A stretch of DNA of 20,000 nt from Chiloscyllium plagiosum (Eukaryota), in NCBI RefSeq assembly GCF_004010195.1, contig NC_057719.1, positions 83,324,815 through 83,344,814 on the forward strand, written 5' to 3'. Of the stretch, positions 10,120 through 19,297 are shown piece by piece (the stretch's first letter is position 1; each line of letters opens with the position of its first letter). The notes below the pieces were generated by a model. It worked only from the letters and a program-made list of their open reading frames with translations. It did not search any database and had not been told where the DNA came from. The position numbers were made by a program, and so were the translations under genes.

Positions 10120-11420
10120 AGTGGTGTCACACAGGGTACTGTTTTGCAAAATATATTAATGATTTGAAGGAAGGAAACGAATGTACTGTCAAATTTGCAG
10201 ACGATACAAAACTAGGCCGAAAGGCAAGTTGTGACAGGGATACAAACCGTCCACAGAGCAATATTGACAGGTCAAGTAAATGGGCAAAAGATTGGCAAAT
10301 GGAATATTGTGCGGGAGATTTGAAGTTGTCCCTTTTGAAAGGAGAACAAAGAACCGAATATTCCTTATCTGGAGGAAGACTACAGAAAGCTGAGCACAAA
10401 GGGACTTGTGCATGATACGCAGAAAGCTAGCACCCAGGTATGCCAGTTAATCATGACGGTGAATGGAATGCTTGCTCTTATTTCAAGCGGGTTGGAGTAT
10501 AAGAGTAGGGAAGCCTTACCGCAACTGTACAAGCTGCTGGTGAGACCACATCTGGAGTACGGCGAGTCGTTTTGGTCCCATTATTGAAGGAAAGTTATCA
10601 CTTCATTGGAGGCAGCTCAGAGAAGGTTTACTTGGGATGATCCTCAGTCTGGAGGGATTGCTTAGGAGGAGAGGTTGGACAGGTTCGGACTCTACTCATT
10701 GGAATTTTGAATCCGGAGAGTCGTGCTTATTGGAAACATATAGAATTCTTAAGGGGCTTGGCAGGGTAAATGTAGAGTGGATATTTCCCGGCATGGAAGA
10801 TTCTAGGACCAGAGGGCATAGTCTCAGAATAAAGAGGTTTTAATACTGAGATGAGGAGGAATTTCTTCTCTCAAAGGGTTGAGAGTCTTTGGAACTCCTT
10901 GCCACATCTGTGGCAGAGTCCTTGTGTGTATTTAAATCTTAGATAGATGGGTTTTTAGATTAGATTACTTACAGTGTGGAAACAGGCCCTTCGGCCCAAC
11001 AAGTCCACACCGACCCGCCGAAGCGCAACCCACCCATACTCCTACATTTACCCCTTACCTAACACTACGGGCAATTTAGCATGACCAATTCACCTGACCT
11101 GCACATCTTTGGACTGTGGGAGGAAACCGGAGCACCCGGAGGAAACCCACGCAGACACGGGGAGAATGTGGAAACTCCACACAGTCAGTCGCCTGAGGCG
11201 GGAATTGAACCCGGGTCTCAGGCGCTGTGAGGCAGCAGTGCTAACCACTGTGCCACCGTGCCACCCACGGTTCTTGATCAGTCAGGGATTTGAGGGTCAC
11301 TGGGAAAGCCCAGGAAAATGAACATAAGAGATGTCAGATCAGCCATAATGCTATTGAATGGAGGAGCAGGACTGAAGGGCCAAATGGCCTACTTCCTGTT
11401 CCCATTTCTAACGCTCTTCT
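10120..11420 (+). mobile_element. CR1 (HER1-like) LINE, RT core to 3' end, split by an HE1 SINE
   Basis: YINDLKEG..KFADDTKLG catalytic motif, WAKDWQMEY, LVRPHLEY, SRTRGHSLRIK; resumes at about 11268 with the 3' tail GAAGGGCCAAATGGCCTACTTC. Confidence 0.92.
10955..11266 (-). mobile_element. HE1-type elasmobranch SINE (V-SINE), full length
   Basis: Minus-strand tRNA head GGCACGGTGGCACAGTGGTTAGCACTGC, B box GGTTCAATTCC, V-domain CCCCGTGTCTGCGTGGGTTTCCTCCGGGTGCTCCGGTTTCCTCCCAC, CR1-like tail ending in (AATCT)n. Confidence 0.92.
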
Positions 11421-11439
11421 GGTCTTGGGGAAGGCAACA

Positions 11440-11695
11440 ATTAACTGGGGCACAGTTTTAAGGCAAGGAGCAGGAGGTTTAGAGAAGGATTTGAGGACCT
11501 TTTCTCTTCATCCAGGCTGACAGGTCGCTGGAACTCACTGCCAAAAAGGAACCCTCAAGTGTTTTAATAAATATTTAGATGACCATTTGAAATGCCAAAG
11601 CATACAAAGCTATGGGTCAAGTGCTGGGAAATGGGGTTAGGATAGATGGATGTTTGATGACAGACACAATGGGCCAAAGGGCGTCATTCTGTGAT
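11440..11695 (+). mobile_element. CR1 3' fragment
   Basis: GGGGCACAGTTTTAAGG, GGAACTCACTGCC, and the tail CAGACACAATGGGCCAAAGGGC. Confidence 0.75.
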
Positions 11696-11712
11696 TTCTT
11701 TATCAGCCATTG

Positions 11713-12575
11713 ATTCCAAGATGGCGGCGGCGTAGGTCTCCTGAGCCAGAGCCCATCTGCTCTAACCACTTTTCTTTCTTCTTTTCTTCCTTCCTTTGTT
11801 TTTCTTTCAGTTGTTTTTCTCTGCTTACTCACTTTCTGGAGGCAGCGGGTGGTGATGGCTGCTGCCAGTGCCGTTGGTCATGAGGTAGTTGGTGTGCCCG
11901 GCAGAACTCTGGCGGCCCGTTGCATCGTGGAAGTGGCTGGGAGCCTGGAGCAATGCCAGAGTGGGACTCCGGCAGCCTGTGGTGATTGGTGAGCCTGGTC
12001 GGCGGTGAGACGGCAGCGTGGAGACAATGGATTGGGAGATTGGGAGATTGAGAGATCGAGGCCAGCACAGGAGAGAGATCACGCCCTCATGGGGAAAGCC
12101 AAGCATGGAGTGACTGCAGACTCAGGGCTAAAGAAGGACAGTAATTTGGAACTTTTCACTTAATTTCTTATTTACTACTTTACACTGACAAGAAATGTAA
12201 CCGAGCTTGTAACTTATTTCCTTATTTTCTACTCAGATTTTGTACCTCGGTCCCTGTACCTAAGATGGCACCAGAGATGGTAACATTGGAAAATTTTCAC
12301 CGTGGTGAAAATGTGTTGCTGGAAAAGCACAGCCGGTCAGGCAGCACCCAAGGAGCAGGAGAATTGACATTTCGGGCATGAGCCCTTCTTCGGGCTCATG
12401 CCCGAAACGTCGATTCTCCTGCTCCTTGGATGCTGCCTGACCTGCTGCGCTTTTCCAGCAACACATTTTCAGCTCTGATCTCCAGCATCTGCAGTCCTCA
12501 CTTCCTCCTCGAAAATTTTCATTGTGCTCATGGGTCCCTGTATATGACAATTAAAAACTAATTCTAATAAAAAAA
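11713..12575 (+). mobile_element. Non-autonomous interspersed repeat with Rex1/Babar-like 3' tail
   Basis: Starts CAAGATGGCGGCGG (YY1-like core); no ORF homology seen; after removing the nested insert it ends TTTTCATTGTGCTC..TGACAATTAAAAACTAATTCTAATAAAAAA. Confidence 0.5.
12300..12510. mobile_element. 211-bp palindromic Penelope-derived insert with 11-bp TSD
   Basis: 80-bp arms 12306-12385 and 12392-12471 (75/80 complementary), 6-nt loop TTCTTC, TSD GAAAATTTTCA at 12289-12299 and 12511-12521. Confidence 0.92.
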
Positions 12576-12969
12576 GACTCTGCCTCTATGGGCAGCTGGA
12601 TATCAGGAAGAGAATCTTAAACAAGACCAGCCATGGAGCCTGAAGCTTGATTCAGATGTGGGCTTTGGTCATCAATACTGCAGCCTTTACCAAGATGGCT
12701 TCCTTCTGGTGCACAGCAACTATGTTCCTGCTGGACGCCATTTTTACTTTGAGGGCACTTGCTTCAGTCCTTACAATGGACACGGTGACAATGAATTTCT
12801 CGGTCCCTTGCTTATACCAACTCAGCTGAATACTTTGACAAGATTGCAAAGCTGTGAGCCTGTTGGATGTTTCTCAAGAGTTGTTTTGATGGAATTTCCA
12901 GTGATGGATTTGCCATGGTGTTTCAAATTGTTATTTAATTGCGGATGGTCAGGAATGGCCCAAAAGCGT

Positions 12970-13043
12970 CATAGTCATAGATTCATAGAGATGTACAGCA
13001 TGGACATAGACCCTTCGGCCCAACCCATCCATGCTGACCAGAT
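12970..13043 (-). mobile_element. CR1/HER1 3' tail
   Basis: CATAGAGATGTACAGCATGGACATAGACCCTTCGGCCCAAC, homologous to 15233-15290. Confidence 0.8.
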
Positions 13044-13094
13044 TTGTGGCAGATCCAGAGACGTTTGCAGTGGAAAGGGCTTTAGATAAATGAA

Positions 13095-13270
13095 ATAGCC
13101 CCAGTGACCTTGCTAATGTCAACTTCTTAACCAACACTCACTAAATTAATTATCTGGTTGGTCATTTTACTTTGCTCTTACCAGAGATTGCAGTGAGTAA
13201 ATTGACTGCTACATGTAACAGTCGCTGCAATATCATGTGCAATATAAAAATTACTTTATGGGTCGTAAAT
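13095..13270 (+). mobile_element. Degenerate DeuSINE-like fragment
   Basis: TAACCAACACTCACTAAA..ATTATCTGGT..AAATTGACTGC resembles the 3' part of the SINE at 17025-17990. Confidence 0.45.
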
Positions 13271-13271
13271 G

Positions 13272-13642
13272 TTTGTTACAGTTGTATAGGATGTCGGTGA
13301 GGCCACGTTTGGGATACTGTGAACAATTCTGGTCACCCTGCTATAGGAAGGATGTTATTAAATGGGAAAGGGTGCACCAGGATGTTACCGAAACTGGAGG
13401 GTTTGAGTTATAAGGAAAGGCTGGAAAGGCTGAAACGTTTTCTTCCCTGGAACGCAGGAGGCCGAGGGGTGACCTGATAGACATGTATAAAATCATGAGG
13501 AGCATGGATAGGGTGAATAGACATGGTCTTTTCCCCAGGGTAGGGGAGTCGAGAAACAGAGGGCGTAGGCTTAAGGTGAGGGGGGAAAGATTTAGAAGGA
13601 ACCCAGGGGTAACTTTTTCATGCAGAGGGTGGTGCGTGTGTG
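13272..13642 (+). mobile_element. CR1 LINE ORF2 3' fragment
   Basis: VRPRLGYCEQFWSPCYRKDVIK; MYKIMRSMDRVNRHGLFPRVGESRNRGRRLKVRGERFR. Confidence 0.9.
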
Positions 13643-13844
13643 ACTCTCAGTGCCTCGTGACATCCTGATGTTGTGAAAGCCAGGGGTGTGGAAACGCAGG
13701 AGTTTGTTCCTATCAATCTCAGTTTCTGATCCACGATCACCCACATTCCCCAGCCATGAAGGGGCACTGCAATGCTGGGCCTCTGACCCAGATCGGCTTT
13801 CCAAGGCAGCTGATGGTTGGGCCAAGCCTCCGCAAGGACCTCAC

Positions 13845-14047
13845 CAATGGGCTGTTGCCCCCCCCCCAATTGCTTCAGGAGAAGGTGGGGTGCAGAACAG
13901 GCTCTCACATCCTCGCTGGAGGGACCAATGTACACCGTGAGCTTTCCAGACATTTCAAAATTCGAACTTCCCTCCTCCTCAGACTCGTGAGGCTTGGTTG
14001 GAGAGTCTGTGAAGTCTGCCACCGTATGATTCATCTGTTTGTGTTGG
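13845..14047 (-). CDS. Putative 203-nt coding exon (QHKQMNHTVADF...FEMSGKLTVYIGPSSEDVRACSAPHLLLKQLGGGQQPI)
   Basis: AACTTCTACTGCAG| acceptor and TTG|GTGAGG donor; only one frame open; phase 2 to 1; non-repeat sequence. Confidence 0.5.
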
Positions 14048-14779
14048 CTGCAGTAGAAGTTTACTGTCACAAATGATTCAGCGCTATGGAAGGACTGGGG
14101 CTGGGACCGGGGCATCCTGCTTTGCTCAGTTAGGTTTCTGTTTCCTGTGGGATATCACATTCCAGACTAGGCTGGAAGGAAATGCTTCAATAAGGGCCAG
14201 CTACCACTGCCACCACCACTTTCAAGTCCTCCCACTGTGGGATTTGAACCGTCATCCTTGGATTATCAATCAGGAAAAGTGGCGAGGAATTGTAAAAGGC
14301 AAGGAATTTGCTCAAGCCTTTCAGGGGAAAAGCCATGCTGTCTCTGAAAGAACTAGTTGCCAAAGCTATTTTTCCGGCACTCATCAGGACAGATGCAAGA
14401 ATGCCAAATTTTGAAGGGAACAACAACTTACACTGCAGCAGGAAAAGGTCCTGATTGGTTGGCAAGTCAGCTCTGATTGGTGGAGGCAGTGGCCCAAGTT
14501 CTTGAAGGAGGAATCAATTATAATGACCTTGTCCTCACCCTGACTGGTGTTCACGTGGTACACTAGCCCCACACCCATGGCCCTCTGATGCCAACCACCA
14601 CTAGCTCAGGGTGATGAAGGGTGAGAGACAAATGCAGCCACATCCACACCTCAGTGAAAGGATGGAGAAACCCTGTGTACAGCTTGACAGTTTAGGGCCT
14701 GAAAAAATAACCCACAACAGGAAATGTAAAAAATAACCCACATCAGGGTGAGGCAACTCCAAACTGAAAGACCAACACT

Positions 14780-15050
14780 ATTATCTTCTGCCTGTGCAGC
14801 CTACAGCCCAAACGCTCAATATTGAGTTCTCCAATTTCAAAAATTGAAAAGAATAACCATCCCACCCATCCCCCACCTCTTCCCCTTTATCTGCAGCTCC
14901 CCCTACCCCCACCCCCCGGTCCTGAGGAAGGGTCACACCCGAAACATTGACTTCTCCTCCTCCTGAGGCTGCCTGGCCTGCCAGCGTTCTCCTAGCCTCT
15001 TGCCTGTCCACCTTGGATTCCAGGCATCTGCAGTTTGTTTTGTCTCTAAA
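14780..15050 (+). mobile_element. Penelope-like element 3' end (GIY-YIG C-terminus plus pseudo-LTR)
   Basis: IFCLCSLQPK..LNIEFSNFK (typical PLE GLNIEF end), followed by a hammerhead and the same tail as 860-1021. Confidence 0.85.
14919..14951 (+). ncRNA. Minimal type I hammerhead ribozyme motif, intact core
   Basis: GUC-CUGAGGA-A-GGGU-CAC-ACCC-GAAA-CAUU-GAC: stem I GUC/GAC and stem II GGGU/ACCC. Confidence 0.7.
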
Positions 15051-15232
15051 TCCAATTATTTTGGCAGGAAGGTGGGAGCTGCAGGAGGAAGTTCACTGAA
15101 GATCGCTGGGAAATGTTCAGTGTGAGGAAAGCCCGTATCTTTCTAATCATCACCCTGTTTCACCGTCAGGCAACCAGTACATCTGCCCTGTTTTATATCT
15201 GTTTTGCACTCCCTCTGACACCAAAGAAAAAG

Positions 15233-16110
15233 CATAGAGTCGTACAGCACGGAAACAGACCCTTCGGTCCAACTCGTCCATGCCGACCAGATATCCCAAC
15301 CTAATCCAGTCCCATTTGCCAGCACTTGGCCCGTATCTCTCTAAACCCTTCCTATTCATGTACCCATCCAGATGCCTTTTAAATGTTGTGAATGTACCAG
15401 CCTCCACCACTTCCTCTGGCAGCTCATTCCATACATGTACCAACACGACTCCACTTTCAAGGAGCTATGAACCTGCACTCCAAGGTCCCTTAGTTCTGCC
15501 ACACGCCCCAGAACCTTACCATTAAGTGTATAAGCCCTGCTCTGAATTGCTTTTCCAAAGTGCAGCACCTGGCATTTATCTAAATTAAACCCCAATCGCC
15601 ACTCCCCAGCCTATTGGCCCCTCTGATCAAGATCCCATTGTAATCTGAGGTAATCCTCTGCACTGTTCACTACACCTTCAATTTTGGTGTCATTTGTAAA
15701 CTCACTAACTATACCTCCTAGAATCCCTACAGCATGAAAACAGGCCCTTCAGCCCAACAATTCCACACTGACCCTCCGAACAGTCTCCCACCCAAACCCA
15801 TTACTCTATATTTACCCCTGACTAATGCACCTAACCTACACATCCCTGAACACTATGGACAATCCACCCTAACCTGCACACCTCTGGACTGTGGGAGGAA
15901 ATCAGAGCACACCCACACAGACACGGGGAGAATGTGCAAACTCCACACAGACAGTCGCCCGCGGCTGGAATTGAACCCGGGCCCCTGGCGCTGTGAGGCA
16001 GCAGTGCTAACCACTGTGCTGCCCCACAGATACCATTCACATCCAACTCATTTGTGTAAATGATGAAATTAGTGGACCCAGCACTGATCCTTGCGGCACT
16101 CCACTGACCA
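15233..16110 (-). mobile_element. CR1/HER1 LINE fragment with internal deletion, split by an HE1 SINE
   Basis: Minus strand GVPQGSVLGP, FTNDTK (decayed FADDTK), FNLDKCQVLHFG, RDLGVQVH, then a jump to VWNELPEEVVEAGT and the 3' tail. Confidence 0.9.
15719..16025 (-). mobile_element. HE1-type SINE, second copy
   Basis: Colinear with 10955-11266; head GGGGCAGCACAGTGGTTAGCACTGC. Confidence 0.9.
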
Positions 16111-16284
16111 AAGCGACAGTCATCACAGTGAGAGGCCATTCGTTCCATAATGCGCGTGCTGACTCTTTGAAAGAGCTGCTTAATTATTCCCACTGTCCAT
16201 GCACGAACTCTTATTCTTTCATAATAGCCCTGAAAACTTTCAAGCAATTTTGAAAGTTACTATTGAATCTGTTGCAGTAATTAA

Positions 16285-16630
16285 GGGGAGGCAATGGGCT
16301 AGTGCTTATTACTTCTGGGCTGTTAACACAAGCGATGTTCTGGGACTGTGAGTACGAACCCCACCACAGCAGTTAGTGGAATTTTAATTTAATGTTTAAG
16401 AGGGTAACGATGGCCTTGAATCCACTGTCGATTGTTGGAAAAACCCATCTGGCTCACGAATGTCCTTTAGGGAAGGAAACTGCCATCCTTACCTGGTCTG
16501 GCCTACAGGTGACTCCAGACCCATAGTAATGTGGCTGACTCTGAACTCTCCTCTGGACAATTAGTGATGGGCAATAAATGCTGGCTGAGCCAATCACGCT
16601 TCATACTGTGTATGGATTTTTTTTAAAAAA
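16285..16630 (+). mobile_element. tRNA-derived SINE with conserved central domain (possibly Meta/MESC type) and LINE-derived tail
   Basis: Decayed A/B boxes; core AAAAACCCATCTGGCTCACGAATGTCCTTTAGGGAAGGAAACTGCCATCCTTACCTGGTCTGGCCTACAGGTGACTCCAGACCC; tail GATGGGCAATAAATGCTGGC. Confidence 0.8.
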
Positions 16631-16692
16631 GCAGGCAGCACATTCTACTGTTACTAAGAACCTTTGCTGTTTATTCTCCTCTTCTCACTCAC

Positions 16693-16966
16693 TCGTCATT
16701 TTCCTCTGAATTCATAGTCACTCTTTGAAAAACCTTTTGGTTGGGAGGTGAGGAATAGGAAGAGGGCAGTGTGTGATAACAAACTCCACGGTGCTCCCCA
16801 TTTTCACCTGGTAAACCCCCTGATAGATAGGCAGTGAGCAGGATCGGGCCTAGTTTCAATGCCTTACCCACGATGGTTTGTCCTAGGGTTGTGTGGAAGG
16901 GATGGTCGTCTGGGTGAGATACTGGAGGGCGATCGGTTCTGCAGTGCAATACCAGCCGATGCCTTC
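16693..16966 (-). CDS. Putative exon of the unidentified gene; candidate start ATG at 16715 (MNSEEND)
   Basis: Strong acceptor CCTCCTCTTTGTCCAG| and donor CGA|GTGAGT; open frame throughout, ending in phase 2 to match 14047; alternative internal donor TGG|GTAAGG at 16868/16867. Confidence 0.4.
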
Positions 16967-17024
16967 CTGGACAAAGAGGAGGACCTTGGACCAGTGAGCG
17001 ACAGAGAGCGACGTGACCAAAGCT

Positions 17025-17990
17025 GCACTTGATCTCTGAACCAGAAAGTTGTGGGTTCCAGTCCCACTCCGGGGACCTGAGCTCGGCTGGCACTCCGAGT
17101 GCAGTACTGACCGTGCTACACTGGCAGAGCTGCCTTCTTTCAGATGAGGTGAAACGCCAGACCCCTCTCGGGTGGGTGTGAGCCGTTCTGTGGCACTGGT
17201 TCCGAAAAGTTAGGACAAACTCTCCCTGGTGTCCTGACCAATATCTCTCCCTTGGCTAACACCACAAAAGGAGTTGGGAAGTTATGTTGCAGTTGGTGAG
17301 GCCGCACTTGGAGTACTGTGTTCAGTTTTGGTCACCTTGCTATAGGAAGGATACCATTAAACTGGAAAGAGTGCAGAAGAAATTTACAAGGATGTTGCCA
17401 GGACTCAAGGGTCTGAGTTATCAGGAGGTTGGACAAGCTGGGACTTATTCCTTTAGAGTGTAGGAGACTGAGGGGGGGGGGGGGGGAGCCTTTATAGAGG
17501 TGTATCAAATCATGAGAGGCATGGAGAGATGGAGATGGTGAATGCACTCAGTCTTTTTCCTAGGGTTGGGGAATCGAGGACTAGAGGGCATCAGTTTAAG
17601 GTTAAAGGGGATAGAATAAAAGGGAACCTGAGGGACAACTTTTTCACACAGAGGTTGGTACGCATATGGATGAGCTGCCAGTGGACGTGGTTGAAGTGTG
17701 TAGGTTAACAACATTTTAAAAGGTTTTTGGACAAATACTTGGATAGGAAAAGTTTAGAAGGATATGGGCCAAGGGCAGGGAAATGGAGTTAGCATTGATG
17801 CACATTTTGGTTGGCATGGATCAGTTTGGGCCGAAGGGCCTCACTCCGTGGTGTAGGACTCTATGACCGATTAATCTGATGATTGGGGTGTGTGGGATCT
17901 TGCTTTGCGCAAATTGATTGACCCCCCCTCCCCCATTCCCTACGGTACAACAGTGCTCATGTTTACTCCAGTGATGGGGAAACACTGAGG
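17025..17990 (+). mobile_element. DeuSINE (SacSINE1-like), split by a CR1 insertion (parts about 17025-17270 and 17868-17990)
   Basis: B-box-like GGTTCCAGTCCC, Deu-like CTTTCAGATGAGGTGAAAC..CCCTGGTGTCCTGACCAATAT, resuming with TGTGGGATCTTGCTTTGCGCAAATTG. Confidence 0.7.
17271..17867 (+). mobile_element. CR1/HER1 LINE 3' fragment
   Basis: LVRPHLEYCVQFWSPCYRKDTIKLERVQKKFTRMLPGLKGLSY; tail GGGCCGAAGGGCCT..GTAGGACTCTATGAC. Confidence 0.92.
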
Positions 17991-19297
17991 TGCAATCCAG
18001 GCCTGGTAATGTGTTGTACAAACCTGAGCTCCCCCTCACCCTTCCCATCAACCCTGGACCTTGCACACACCCAATGAGACCACGTTGTCTGACTCCAACA
18101 GGAGAGCAACGTTTGAAAACGTATGAGCCTAAGGTAAACGTCAAAGGACAGTGGGTAACACGGAAGCCCTTTCTGACAGACTGACAACACGTCAACAGAA
18201 ACCCGTCAGGATTTCTCTCCGAGCACTGTTCACTGCGAGAAAGGAGAACAATTGCCCTTTTGTGAGTCTGGCCAGTTCCCAGTACGAACGCAAAACAAAA
18301 CACACACAGACAGAAGTAGGTTGGAGTTGCTGCCTGAGGGAGAGTGGTTCTGCAATGTGACCACACTGTGAGTGAATCAGTCCTTGTGTTGTGTACATGA
18401 ACCAAGCAGCAACAAGTGAGGTGATGAGGTCTCAAACAATGTACCGCCAGCTGGGGGGGGTGGGTGGGGGTAGTGAAGAAACATTGCCGAGCAATCAGCA
18501 TAAGGTGGGGCTTTGCATGTTCAATGGGCCTTTCCCACCGATCTGCTTCATCAGCAAACAGGTCGTTACACCGTGACACAAATTCACTGTCACGCAGTTG
18601 ACAAAATTGGAGACACAGTTTCTCCAGCACGAACCTTCGAGACGCGAGTTGGCTGTAACCCGATTACATCGCCAACCCTTTCTGCGCTGTTGCTAAAGTG
18701 CGATTTTTCTGCAAGGCGGTGTTGCACAGGAACACAACCACCCCATGACAGAAGAAGTGACTGTGCGCAGCGAGATCGGGAGGGGCATTACTGACCGAGG
18801 GCTGCTGTTCTCACACTGAGCGCCCACTCTCTGCTGCCTGGGTTCTTTACAAAACCGGCGGAGAGGGGGGGGGAGCTCCAATTACCGACAGGAGGTTCCA
18901 ATCAGAGCTCCCTCAGAAACACGGAACAGTACTCCCCAATCCGACAGGCGCCTCAGAGGGTGGGACTGGTGGGGAGAGGCAAACCTTGGTCTGCCCGGAA
19001 CTTGCTGGGCCTTCCAGAGGAAGGAGCTGACCCTGGCTGAGTGTTGCAGACTGGCACGTTCCATGGTTCTTGGCCAAGTGCTGAGGGACACACTGATGCT
19101 GTGGGGAAACACCACTGTCTGGGGTCTTCCTGCTGAAGTTAAATGGGAATCAATTCTGTTATCAGACCTCCCCCAGTGCCTCAAATATATGTAAATATAA
19201 TATTGTGGAAATAAAAATGTCTTTGTTTGATCTACATATGTAAAGGCGATAGCTAAGTGGGCTACACCTCTTCCCACGCCCCACCCCGCCCCTTATA

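Noticed and set aside
10164..10415. Functional reverse transcriptase (FADD motif)
   Set aside because: 5'-truncated, frameshifted CR1 relic interrupted by a SINE.
11195..11266. tRNA gene (A/B boxes on the minus strand; likewise 15960-16025 and 2160-2190)
   Set aside because: These are SINE heads continuing into SINE body and tail, without a full cloverleaf.
12647..13089. Overlapping ORFs (143 aa plus, 65 aa minus)
   Set aside because: No recognisable domain or convincing splice pair; the 3' part runs into a CR1 tail.
17472..17486. Poly-G run as a regulatory G-quadruplex
   Set aside because: Homopolymer expansion within a CR1 fragment; may partly be a sequencing artefact.
17821..18630. 269-aa minus-strand ORF as a single-exon gene
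   Set aside because: Runs through low-complexity, intron-like and SINE/CR1 sequence; only sub-segments look exon-like.
18577..18696. Plus-strand homeodomain-like peptide HKFTVTQLTKLETQFLQHEPSRRELA (FTxxQLxxLExxF)
   Set aside because: Preceded by an in-frame stop, 4 residues short between helices 1 and 2, and lacking the WFQNRR helix; probably chance.
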